This document shows positions 36,258 through 45,699 of a stretch of DNA of 64,000 nt, in pieces. The stretch is from a virus. Where the stretch lies: IMG/VR virus record IMGVR_UViG_3300004369_000643, positions 38,595 to 102,594 of that record. One strand, 5' to 3'. Within the stretch, counting starts at the first letter, position 1; every line of letters begins with the position of its first letter. Position numbers and translations under genes: made by a program. A model generated the notes under the pieces. It had not been told where the DNA came from and did no database searches. It saw only the letters and a list, made by a program, of their open reading frames with translations.

Positions 36258-36617
36258 ATGAAAAATAAAGTTAAGTACTACCCCATAGGTGTATCTTCAG
36301 ATTTTGTTTTATTTTACAATTCTGAGTATTCACTTAATGGTGAAGAATTAAACGGATATGTTGTAACGAGGAACACTGCTGATCCTGTCGATTTAATGGC
36401 TTTCTTACTTCGATCTAATGACATTAGAAAAGTTCCATCTGGGCTAGCAGACTATGTTTTCACTATGAGAGAAAGTTTTGCTATAGAAAATAAGCCTGCC
36501 CCTGATAATCTTATACCTAAAACGGTAAAGCCTATCCCATTGTTTGACTCTAGCGAGTTTATGGAAGAAACTTTAACGAAGTTAAACATTCCGTTTGCTT
36601 CATTATCACCACAGTAG
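36258..36617 (+). CDS. Hypothetical protein (candidate immunity)
   Basis: 119 aa, directly downstream of the ART-domain gene; AT-rich. Confidence 0.55.
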   Translation: MKNKVKYYPIGVSSDFVLFYNSEYSLNGEELNGYVVTRNTADPVDLMAFLLRSNDIRKVPSGLADYVFTMRESFAIENKPAPDNLIPKTVKPIPLFDSSEFMEETLTKLNIPFASLSPQ

Positions 36618-36733
36618 TTACGTTGGCAGGCAGGTGCTGGGTGGTAATATAATACTTGACAGAGCAGACGCTACGTCTAGCCCTCAGGGCAAGTCAATAC
36701 GGTATTGAACGACAAAGAAATTGGAGGCTAAAA

Positions 36734-38242
36734 ATGCCGGGAGTTAATGTCACCACTGCAGTGCGCACTGGTCCTGTGGGTACTACAGATGTCGTGGCAG
36801 GTCAAGTTTTTATGGTTGGTGAGGCTGAGCGGGGGCCTACAGACGTACCCACGCTTCTTCGGTCTTTCAACGACTACACGACCTACTACGGAAACTACGA
36901 ATCAGGATCACTTTACAGCCATGTGAAAACTTTCTTCGATGAGGGCGGTTCACGTTGTTATGTTCAGCGTGTTGTGGCCAGCGATGCTGCTGCCGCTACT
37001 CTCACTTTGAACGACGCTTCTGGCTCAGCCACAATGGTGGCAACTGCAAAGAACGTTGGCGATTGGGCTGATAATCTTGATATTGAGATTGCTGCTGCTG
37101 ACGTTTCTGGCTTCAAGGTTAAGGTTTATCTGGATGACGCTTTGCTGCTTTCGACTCGTGACCTCACATCTGTTTCGGATGCGATTAACGTGGTGAACAG
37201 TTCAGCGGTTTCACATTTAATTGCATTGTCTGATGATGTAACTGCAGGTACCAACCCTGCTACTACAGCGGCTACTGCTTTGAGTGGTGGTACTGACAGT
37301 GCAGGCGCTACCCCTGTTGATGCGGACGATATTGTTGCCGCTCTTGCTGCAGCAACTACCAATCTTACACCTAATCTGGGTACAGGCGCTGTTTGCGCTC
37401 CGGGGTGGTCAACCACTGGTGTTTGGGAAGCACTTCGTGACCATGCAAAAGAGTACAACCGTATTGCGATTCTGTCGTTTGCTTCTGGCACTTCAGCATC
37501 GTCGGCTCGCTCTTCAGCAGCAGGCTACTATGCCGATGCGAAGGCAAGTTACATGGGCTTCTACTGGCCGCACATCAAGGTTCCTGCACCGAATGCTGCA
37601 GAGTTGGCAACAAATCAGGCATCAGTTGCTGGTTCAACGGTAACCATTTCGCCTGAGTCGTTTGTTGCTGGTGCTCGTGCTAGAGCCATTCAGCAGAGTG
37701 GAGGCCCTTGGCGTGCAGGTGCTGGACAGATTTCTCAGGCTAAGACTGTTTCCGCTTTGGCGCAGGATGTTACTGCTGCTACCGGTGAGACAATGGACGC
37801 TGCCCGAGTGAACGTGCTCCGTAAGATTGGTAACGGAATCCGTGTTTACGGTGCCCGCTCAGTATCGAACGATGAGGCTAACTGGCGCTATATCACAATG
37901 CGTGACACGATGAACTACATTGTGGCTGGCGTTGAGGCCCGCATGGAAGAGTACGTGTTTGAGACGGTTGACGCACGAGGAAACTTGTTCGGACGAATCC
38001 GTGGCTCAATTAAGGCTTTCTTGGAGCCTATTCGTGCCGCTGGCGGTCTCTACGAAGCGTTTGATGACGATGGTGTCATGATTGATCCCGGCTTCAATGT
38101 CGTGGTTGATAGCACTATCAATCCAGCGACGCAACTCGCCAACGGTCTGGTTAAGGCTCAAGTTGGTGTCCGGGTCTCCGGGGTTGCGGATTTAATTGAT
38201 ATAGTAATCACTAAGAGCAATCTTTCGGCTCCCGTAATCTAA
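36734..38242 (+). CDS. Contractile tail sheath protein
   Basis: MPGVNV; GEAERGP; YWPHIKV; GPWRAGAG; RVYGARS; WRYI; YVFE; SD GGAGG. Confidence 0.93.
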   Translation: MPGVNVTTAVRTGPVGTTDVVAGQVFMVGEAERGPTDVPTLLRSFNDYTTYYGNYESGSLYSHVKTFFDEGGSRCYVQRVVASDAAAATLTLNDASGSATMVATAKNVGDWADNLDIEIAAADVSGFKVKVYLDDALLLSTRDLTSVSDAINVVNSSAVSHLIALSDDVTAGTNPATTAATALSGGTDSAGATPVDADDIVAALAAATTNLTPNLGTGAVCAPGWSTTGVWEALRDHAKEYNRIAILSFASGTSASSARSSAAGYYADAKASYMGFYWPHIKVPAPNAAELATNQASVAGSTVTISPESFVAGARARAIQQSGGPWRAGAGQISQAKTVSALAQDVTAATGETMDAARVNVLRKIGNGIRVYGARSVSNDEANWRYITMRDTMNYIVAGVEARMEEYVFETVDARGNLFGRIRGSIKAFLEPIRAAGGLYEAFDDDGVMIDPGFNVVVDSTINPATQLANGLVKAQVGVRVSGVADLIDIVITKSNLSAPVI

Positions 38243-38252
38243 GGAGATATAA

Positions 38253-38702
38253 ATGGCTAAGGCAACCCAGAGGCAAATTGTTGCAGAGATTTCAGCGGTT
38301 AGAGATGTTCCCGGCCATATTCCGGGGCCTTCTTTCTCCACGTACTTTGCTACGGTTAGCGGCGGCGAAATCAGTGCCGCAGTAGAAAAGGTGTATGATG
38401 GCGGGGCTTCGTTCCCTGAGGTTCTTTGTGCTCCTTCAGAAATTGGTGACATCACGCTGAGCAGGTTCTATGATCCTGATGACGATGCTACTAGATTGAA
38501 TAACCTTCGTCAGTTGGTTGGTTCAACGTACTACGATGTCAAGATTTACACTCTTAACTGCGATCTTGCTGAGCCGGGTTCTGAGCGAATTTACCCAAGA
38601 TGCTTACTTGTAGGGCTTACAGAGCCTGATGGTGATGCTTCTTCAGGTGCTCCGGCTTCGTTCTCGCTCACTTTCTCAGTGAGCCGAGTCAGCGCTATCT
38701 GA
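38253..38702 (+). CDS. Tail tube protein
   Basis: Follows sheath; FATVSGG...DITLSR...DGDASSG. Confidence 0.82.
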   Translation: MAKATQRQIVAEISAVRDVPGHIPGPSFSTYFATVSGGEISAAVEKVYDGGASFPEVLCAPSEIGDITLSRFYDPDDDATRLNNLRQLVGSTYYDVKIYTLNCDLAEPGSERIYPRCLLVGLTEPDGDASSGAPASFSLTFSVSRVSAI

Positions 38703-38734
38703 TCCTCACACTTTTAAAAATTTAATAAAGATTT

Positions 38735-38764
38735 GGCGCTGCTTCGGTAGCGCCTTTTCTTTTT
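38735..38764 (+). terminator. Rho-independent terminator after tube
   Basis: GGCGCTGC-TTCG-GTAGCGCC followed by TTTTCTTTTT. Confidence 0.88.
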
Positions 38765-38771
38765 ACACTAG

Positions 38772-38806
38772 TTGACATGTGCATATGAAAAGAATAGTAT
38801 ATAAAC
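38772..38806 (+). promoter_or_regulatory. sigma70-type promoter, leaderless
   Basis: TTGACA(38772)-17-TAGTAT(38795)-6-ATG(38807). Confidence 0.78.
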
Positions 38807-39322
38807 ATGAGTACAGAAGAAAATGACATCATTGAGGTTGCAGGTTCCGCACCTGCCGCCGCACAAAAGAAGGCTAGTAAGGTTACCCTGCTGGATCAGT
38901 TGAAGTCGGAAATTTCTAAGGAAGTTACACGTCCTGAAATTGAGATTCCTATTCCTGAGCGTAGGGGCGTTACTGTTCGTTACTCCCCTAACATTACTAA
39001 TGAGCAGTTGAAGGCTTGGCGGCGCAACTCTACCAACAGAAAGACTGAGGAACTTGATTCTATTAAGTTCTCTTGTTATGTTGTCGGTCAGACGGTGACT
39101 GGTATTTACTTTAACGGCGAGTTGGTTTTGGATGACGATGGTAATGCAATTACTTTCGCATCTGGCGTTGTTATGGAGATGACTGAAACTGATCGTCCTT
39201 TGCCTGACGCCATTCGGGCGTTCTTCGCTGTTGACCCTCACCTTGAGAGCACCGCTCTTAAGATTCTTGACCATGCTGGTTATGGTGATGAAGTTGACAT
39301 GGAGGACCCTACGAAGGGCTAG
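38807..39322 (+). CDS. Tail assembly chaperone (gpG-like)
   Basis: Between tube and tape measure; ends ...EDPTKG. Confidence 0.75.
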   Translation: MSTEENDIIEVAGSAPAAAQKKASKVTLLDQLKSEISKEVTRPEIEIPIPERRGVTVRYSPNITNEQLKAWRRNSTNRKTEELDSIKFSCYVVGQTVTGIYFNGELVLDDDGNAITFASGVVMEMTETDRPLPDAIRAFFAVDPHLESTALKILDHAGYGDEVDMEDPTKG

Positions 39323-39513
39323 TTGATAGTCTTTCGGAAGATGTCCGAATTAAATCAGCAGCCCGTCTAGGAGAGACGTTTCACGTTGATCCGATTCAGT
39401 TATTGGACTCTACGAACGATGAGTGGTTGATTCGTATGGCGTGTGCCCAAGCGTTGGCTAGGGATCATGCGGAACGAGAAAGACAAAGAAAAGCAGCGCA
39501 GGGTGGCTACTGA
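39307..39513 (+). CDS. Tail assembly chaperone frameshift extension (gpT-like; not in ORF track)
   Basis: -1 frame open 39298-39513 without an early start codon: PYEGLVDSLSEDVRIKSAARLGETFHVDPIQLL...QGGY. Confidence 0.7.
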   Translation, partial: PYEGLVDSLSEDVRIKSAARLGETFHVDPIQLLDSTNDEWLIRMACAQALARDHAERERQRKAAQGGY

Positions 39514-39573
39514 GTGCCGGGGATTTCTATAGAATATCTATAGGAATTCCCGGTTCTCTATTTGGGGGCAGTT

Positions 39574-42500
39574 ATGGCTGAGGCAAGAGAAAAAGTTGTA
39601 ATTGAGGTTGAGATCGATGCTGATATCAGTAACGATCTTGCTGGTATTGAGCGTAGACTGAAAGCGTTGGAGGATCGTCAGAGGGCGTTGAATCGTGCGA
39701 CTCGTGGTGCTTCTGATGCTAATCGTGATTTTGATGCCAGTGGCCGAAGTTTAAGAAAAACTGTTGATTCCAAGACTCAAAGGTTTCAACGTTTTGAAAG
39801 TGTATTAAAGCGTTTTGGTCGTGGACTTCAGAAGGTTACAGGCTTTTTACAAAAGTTTTTGATGACTTTTTCAAAGTTGTCGTTTATTGCTATTGCTGCT
39901 GAAGTTGCTTTGTTTACTGCAGGCTTGCTGGCTGTTAAAGCGTTGCTTGTAACGGGTAGGGTTGCAGTAAAGGGTTATAATTTAGCGCTTAAAGGTTTGT
40001 CTGTTACTGCTACGGCTGTTGCTACAGGTTTGGCTGTTGCTGCTGCGGCTATTAGAGAATTTCAGGAAGTTCAACTTTCTCCGTTCTTTGGTGGAGGTCG
40101 TCAGGGTGCTCGTGGTGCCCGCCAGTTGAATCGTAGTATTACTTCACAGACTCGTTCTTTGTTGGGTGAGTCAACTGGTGCTATTGCTGGGTCTTTAGGT
40201 CAGGCCGGTGTTGCACGTGGTAATGCACTAGCAACGCAGTTGTTTAATCTTACTGGTGGCGACGCTAAGGCGGCACAGTCGTTGGCTGCTGCGTTTGCTT
40301 CTGCTAAAAAGTCAGGTAATACTGCTGGTCTTGTCACTTCGTTGCAGGGTGCTCAGGGATTCCGTAAAGATTCTATTTCCAGTGGGGCGACGCTTTCTAG
40401 CATTATTGGTACTGTTTCATCCGGCGGTGCTACTGCTGACGCATTTCAGGGTGTGGCGCAAGATATGGCGGCAACGTTTATTGGTACGTTGAAGTCTGAG
40501 GCGGAGTCTTTTAAAACTATTTTTGCTACTATTGGTGAGCCGTTGCTTGCACCTTTCCGTGATTCGTTTGTACAGATTAGCCGTATCATTAAGAATGATG
40601 TGTTGGGCATTGCTCAGATTATGCGTGATTTTGGCCCTGATTCTATGGCTCCGGCGTTGGTTGGTTTTGTTGATGCTATCGGTGAGTTTGTGCGTTCTAA
40701 TATCGTTAATAATGTCAGTGATATTGCTGGGGCTGCTGATAAGTTTATTGATTTCTTTAGGTCTGTCGGTAATTTCTTCACTGGTTTTGGTGATTGGTTG
40801 CGTAGTTATGAGGGTGCCGCTAATGTAGTTATTGACATGTTGAAGGCCATGTTTGGTAGGTCGGCTGGTGGGCTGTTTCGTGATTTTGCTAATTTGATTG
40901 AAGATAATAGAGAAACTTTTGTTGGTTTTGGTGATGCTATTGGTAACGTGCTTAATGCTATTAAGAATGGCTTTCTTTCGGGGCAGCGTGGATTTTTTGC
41001 TTCGCTTCCTAGGTTGACGAATACCCTTAATGTGGTTGCCACTAGTGTGTTACCTAATCTATTCGAGGTGTTTGGTGCTATTGCTCCGCTGTTTGAGAGT
41101 TTCCCTGAATTAATTCGTAATGTTTCTGAAAAGTTAGGGCCTATGCTTGTCCGTATCTTTGAGGCGATGAAACCTATTTTTGATAAGTTACCTGAAGCGT
41201 TTAGCGGCTTGATGAAGGTTTTATCTGCTCTTGAGCCTGTCATCATGTTGTTGATTAAAGCAGTTGATCTGCTTATGTCTGCTTTAGGTTCAATTCCGCT
41301 TATCGGAAATATGCTGATGGGTGGCGGTATGGTTTATATGCTTGGCGGTAAAACGGGTGGAGCCTTTTTAAACAAGTTTGGTGGCCGTACTGGTAGGGCT
41401 GTTGCTTCTACTAGTCGTAATATTCGTTCCTCTGCAGAGGCTGGTGCCGGTAGATTAGCAGCCAGTGGCCGTATGGGTAGAGCGGGCGCAGCCGCAGATG
41501 ACATTATTTTGCGTATGGCTGAATCACGTAATCCTGCTATTCGTGGTATGGGTAATACACTCTTAAACAACTTCAGAACCACTGCTTCGGGTTCGGGTTT
41601 AACCGGCGCACTTCAAAAATATTTGACTACTGGTGAAGCAGGATCAGTTTCGCTTCGTGGTTTCTTATCTGGTCAATCAGATAAGATTTTTAAAACAAAC
41701 GGGTTTAGCAGATTGCAACAATTTGGTTTTAATGCTCGTTTAACCAATGGTAGAGCATTTATGCCACTGTCATTTCGTGGTAATCCTTTAACCTACCCGA
41801 TTACAGGTAATCAAGTACATGCATTTAGGATTCCTCAAATGACTATGCCGGGTCAAAGAATGAACCAAACCATGTTAAGCGGAATTCAAAAATATAATGC
41901 TGCTAAGGGCAGGTTCCCACGTGTATCCGCAGGTAACGTTGCTAGTAAGGCTTTTGGTGGAATTGCTGCCTATCAGACTATTGGCGATTTGATGGACGGC
42001 CAATTATATAATAAGGCTGCTGAGAATCCGTTGGGTGCTGCACTTCAATATGGTGGTGCTGCGTCTTTAGTTGGTGGCGGAGCGTTAGTTGGTGGTGCTA
42101 CGGCAGCAGTTGGTTCTGTTGCTAACATTAATAGATATGGTGCTAGTATTGGTAATGTTGGTACCGGTTTGTTAGGTGCCGCCGTTGCTGGTGGCTCGCT
42201 GTTAGGCCCTGCTGGAGCGATTGGTGCAGTTCTTGTTACTGGTATAAGCATGGCGATTTCTAGTTATGCTAGGGGTAAAAGGATTAGGAAAAATGCGGAA
42301 GAAATGGGTGATTCACTTTTGTCCGGCATTGCTGATGCATTTAAAGGCGGTGAAATTAAAAATGGTCTTACGGATGTTCAACGAAACACTTTTTCTAGCC
42401 TATTTGAAGCGGGTATGGCTGCTCAGCAGGCCGGTACAAATGATAAATTAGAAATGACTGAGGGCGACACTCGGGCTATGCGTGAGTTTATTTTAGAGGC

Positions 42501-43647
42501 GCAGGCGTCAGGGTTGCTGGCAGGTACAGAGTTTGAGAACATGGCTCTCTCAGAATTTCATTTGGATGATTTCTTTACTAAAGTATTTCCAAAAATAATG
42601 CAAGACCTTGAGAATCGCTTAGATTCTGATATGCGTCGGCGTCAGCGTGAAGAAGAGTTACGTATACAACGAATTGACAGTGCTGTAGGTAAGTTGGCTA
42701 GTACTTTAGAGGTTTCTCGTAAAGAAATTGAAAGGTTTGTGGCTGACTTCGGTATTGCTTTAGATACAGCGAACTTGGCTGGCGTTGAGGCTCTTTTCGG
42801 ACTGTACAACTCGCCTATCATTGATTTGGCTCAAGGCTTTCTGCCAGATTTATCTCAAACTACTGCTGCTGGGCTTGAGGCTAAAGCGGGCGTTAATGCT
42901 GCGTTAAATGTTTTGGCGGATGCCGATAAAACAGGTCAATATAACACTGCTGATCTTTCTTCTTTTATAGAGAATTATACTGCCGCTGAAGTGTCGATGG
43001 GTGGTAACGCTGCTGTTTCTGGCCTTTCAGCCATTATGGAGTTGCAACGTCAGGTGTCTACTGGTGCATTAAGCGGTAATTTTGCTACAATGTTTAACCT
43101 TGATCAGTTGCTAGGAAGCACTGCTCAGGAAATGGCTACATCATTTGGTGTTCCAGTTGAAGCAATTATGGCTGCAATTGGTACTGGTGATGTGGATAAT
43201 GTTACAGCGTATCTTGAAGACGTTGGTGCTTCAAGAGAAATTGCTCGGGCAGGTGTGTTCGGTACAGGTACCGCTGAACAGCGCACAGCATATCTAAATC
43301 AGAACGCTGCTTCTTTAGTTGAGGATGATGCTTTCAAGGCTATTCTTAGAGATACAATTGGTCTTGATCTGGCAACAGAGGGCGCAAGTGTTCGTGGCTC
43401 TATGGATTATGAGGCAATTCTGCGTAATCAAGCAGAGCAAGGCAATCTACCTGAAATTATGCAACGTTACCTGACAGAAGTGGGCGATGGCAATGATAAG
43501 AGTTACGCTGCGTTGTTGGACATTAAGACTGCTATTGATGGTGTTTCACCAATGGTTTCTATCGAAGGTAAACCGGGAACACGTGCAGGACAGGACGGCG
43601 CAACATTTGATTACACTGTAACAGTTACAGCGGCACCGACATCGTGA
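39574..43647 (+). CDS. Tape measure protein
   Basis: About 1357 aa, Ala/Gly-rich amphipathic helical repeats with TM-like segments; follows the chaperones. Confidence 0.88.
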   Translation: MAEAREKVVIEVEIDADISNDLAGIERRLKALEDRQRALNRATRGASDANRDFDASGRSLRKTVDSKTQRFQRFESVLKRFGRGLQKVTGFLQKFLMTFSKLSFIAIAAEVALFTAGLLAVKALLVTGRVAVKGYNLALKGLSVTATAVATGLAVAAAAIREFQEVQLSPFFGGGRQGARGARQLNRSITSQTRSLLGESTGAIAGSLGQAGVARGNALATQLFNLTGGDAKAAQSLAAAFASAKKSGNTAGLVTSLQGAQGFRKDSISSGATLSSIIGTVSSGGATADAFQGVAQDMAATFIGTLKSEAESFKTIFATIGEPLLAPFRDSFVQISRIIKNDVLGIAQIMRDFGPDSMAPALVGFVDAIGEFVRSNIVNNVSDIAGAADKFIDFFRSVGNFFTGFGDWLRSYEGAANVVIDMLKAMFGRSAGGLFRDFANLIEDNRETFVGFGDAIGNVLNAIKNGFLSGQRGFFASLPRLTNTLNVVATSVLPNLFEVFGAIAPLFESFPELIRNVSEKLGPMLVRIFEAMKPIFDKLPEAFSGLMKVLSALEPVIMLLIKAVDLLMSALGSIPLIGNMLMGGGMVYMLGGKTGGAFLNKFGGRTGRAVASTSRNIRSSAEAGAGRLAASGRMGRAGAAADDIILRMAESRNPAIRGMGNTLLNNFRTTASGSGLTGALQKYLTTGEAGSVSLRGFLSGQSDKIFKTNGFSRLQQFGFNARLTNGRAFMPLSFRGNPLTYPITGNQVHAFRIPQMTMPGQRMNQTMLSGIQKYNAAKGRFPRVSAGNVASKAFGGIAAYQTIGDLMDGQLYNKAAENPLGAALQYGGAASLVGGGALVGGATAAVGSVANINRYGASIGNVGTGLLGAAVAGGSLLGPAGAIGAVLVTGISMAISSYARGKRIRKNAEEMGDSLLSGIADAFKGGEIKNGLTDVQRNTFSSLFEAGMAAQQAGTNDKLEMTEGDTRAMREFILEAQASGLLAGTEFENMALSEFHLDDFFTKVFPKIMQDLENRLDSDMRRRQREEELRIQRIDSAVGKLASTLEVSRKEIERFVADFGIALDTANLAGVEALFGLYNSPIIDLAQGFLPDLSQTTAAGLEAKAGVNAALNVLADADKTGQYNTADLSSFIENYTAAEVSMGGNAAVSGLSAIMELQRQVSTGALSGNFATMFNLDQLLGSTAQEMATSFGVPVEAIMAAIGTGDVDNVTAYLEDVGASREIARAGVFGTGTAEQRTAYLNQNAASLVEDDAFKAILRDTIGLDLATEGASVRGSMDYEAILRNQAEQGNLPEIMQRYLTEVGDGNDKSYAALLDIKTAIDGVSPMVSIEGKPGTRAGQDGATFDYTVTVTAAPTS

Positions 43648-43664
43648 GCAAAGGTTAAAAATTT

Positions 43665-44417
43665 ATGGCACAGTTACGACAAGCAATCACAACAATAGCA
43701 GGTAACCAGATCAGATACCCTGACTGGACATCTGTCGATATTAAACGAGCAGTGCTGCGTGCAACCGGCCCTAACCCTGACAGTAGCGCAAAAACCCCTT
43801 TAGTTGACTACGAGATAGAGTTCCCATTTGGGCCTAAAGATTTGAGTCATCAAAACTATGGTGGAACATACCAACAGATTCAAAGACCGTATTTGAAGCC
43901 ACTAAATGTCTTCTCTGCTCCACGCTTACGCACCGTAACGTTTGAGGCTATCATTGTTCATCGTCCAAGCGGCGGCATGGAAGTTGGCCCTATGAATGAG
44001 AATGGGGAGTCTGTTCAAGATGTGTTAGATAATTTGGAGTTGATTTCTGCTACTGGTGCTGTGTGTGAGTTTTCGTATGGGACTCAGGTGCTTCCTTTTA
44101 CGTCTTACTTGACTCAGTTTTCGTATACTGTAAAATATAGAAATAAAGATGGTGAACCTTTGCGTGCTCAGGCAAGCATACAGTTAACAGAAAAATCAGT
44201 TTATGATCCGTTCTTGACTTTACTTCCCATGATTGAAAGACCTCCGAAAGAGATTGAAATTTCAACTAGAGACGATGACAAAGATGAAATTGATCCTGCT
44301 TTAGCGGCTCAGTTTGGTCAGAGTGCGGCAGAGGCAAAGGCTAGTGTGCTTGAACTTCAACAAACGTACGGTATAGATCAAGCGACTGCATATCAGATAC
44401 AATTCCCCTTATACTAA
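43665..44417 (+). CDS. Tail tube initiator / baseplate protein
   Basis: Position after TMP; FPFGP......YQQIQRP..KP......LRTVTF...GEPLRAQASIQLTE. Confidence 0.65.
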   Translation: MAQLRQAITTIAGNQIRYPDWTSVDIKRAVLRATGPNPDSSAKTPLVDYEIEFPFGPKDLSHQNYGGTYQQIQRPYLKPLNVFSAPRLRTVTFEAIIVHRPSGGMEVGPMNENGESVQDVLDNLELISATGAVCEFSYGTQVLPFTSYLTQFSYTVKYRNKDGEPLRAQASIQLTEKSVYDPFLTLLPMIERPPKEIEISTRDDDKDEIDPALAAQFGQSAAEAKASVLELQQTYGIDQATAYQIQFPLY

Positions 44418-44426
44418 GGATGATAT

Positions 44427-45698
44427 ATGTTACCTTTAGACAGTTTAATAATTGGGGAAATAGAAGACAGTGAACTTATCGAAATCAAAGAAAGTATAAC
44501 TACTCTTTCTATTGATTTGACTAGTAATATGGTTAGTGAATTAAAGTTCACGGTGTATGACGACAACTTCAACATGTTCACCAACAACTATTTCGTTATT
44601 GGTCGTAGAGTTTCATATTTGTTTGAAGAGTATGAAATCGCTGAAGCATCAGCAAACTTTAGCGCACAAAGCAGACAGATTACGATACGTGCAAGATCAC
44701 GTGCAACTGAGCGTATGCGAAAAGACAAAGGTGCAAAGTCTTTTGGAAACATTTCTCCTTCTGTTTTCGCAGCAAACATGGCATCTAAATTTGGCTTACG
44801 TATATTTGCGGAAGACAGTGCTGCTACAGCAATAAAGCGTGAAAGTTCCGAAAATAAAGACGAGTCAACGTGGGACGTTCTAGTAAGACTTGCTAAAGAT
44901 TTAGAGTTTATGTGCTTTGAGGCACGAGGAACACTATTTTATGCGTCTCAAGATTTCATAGCCGACAATGCACCAACTATAGACATTTATAGTCCACCAT
45001 TTGAACTTAACGAGTTTGGTGAAATTAATTATGCAAGGGTTCCTGCAGATAATGCTTTTGAGGCAACTTCGATTGATTTTAAAACTTCTCAAGATGAGAA
45101 GAAGCCGTATACCGCTTCGTTGTCGTTGTTGAATAATGCTAGTAGTATGACAATTTATCCGGGTGTGATTGTTAAGTTACCAAACTTATCTTTCCGTTAC
45201 GGTTCTCCACGTATGATGGTTGAACGTGTTGGTGTTGAAGCGGGTGCAGAAAAACTTGTTCGGGTGACCTGTTCATCTATTGATACTTTAGAGGAACTAC
45301 AATGCACTTTACAAACATATGCGAATGGTTCTTCTGGTGATTGTGTTAAACGGATTCAGCGTGTGGTTAAAACAAAAGTTGATGGTAAGTTTGGCCCTGT
45401 TACTGAATCCGCAGTTAAACGTTTCCAATCCTACGTTGGTTTACCGCAAACAGGTGTGGTTGACTCTGCAACGTGGGCTAAGATTGAGAACACAACTGTT
45501 GATTTCGCACTTATGAATACTAGTAACATTACTGGTAGCGCTCCTGATCCTAATGCAATTAAAGAAGCACAAGAAAAAGCATACTATCAGTCTATTGCTG
45601 AATTTACAGAAATATTGGCTGCGCATTATGCAGCGTATGGTGGCGTTGCTATATCGCCGCCTGCAGAGATAACGCCGTGGCCAGCGGAGGTTTTGTGA
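44427..45698 (+). CDS. Baseplate hub (gp27/gpD-like) with peptidoglycan-binding domain
   Basis: ESTWDVLVRLAKDLEFMCFE..GTLFY; GSSGDCVKRIQ....VDGKFGPVTESAVKRFQ...GLPQTGVVDSATW. Confidence 0.75.
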   Translation: MLPLDSLIIGEIEDSELIEIKESITTLSIDLTSNMVSELKFTVYDDNFNMFTNNYFVIGRRVSYLFEEYEIAEASANFSAQSRQITIRARSRATERMRKDKGAKSFGNISPSVFAANMASKFGLRIFAEDSAATAIKRESSENKDESTWDVLVRLAKDLEFMCFEARGTLFYASQDFIADNAPTIDIYSPPFELNEFGEINYARVPADNAFEATSIDFKTSQDEKKPYTASLSLLNNASSMTIYPGVIVKLPNLSFRYGSPRMMVERVGVEAGAEKLVRVTCSSIDTLEELQCTLQTYANGSSGDCVKRIQRVVKTKVDGKFGPVTESAVKRFQSYVGLPQTGVVDSATWAKIENTTVDFALMNTSNITGSAPDPNAIKEAQEKAYYQSIAEFTEILAAHYAAYGGVAISPPAEITPWPAEVL

Positions 45699-45699
45699 T

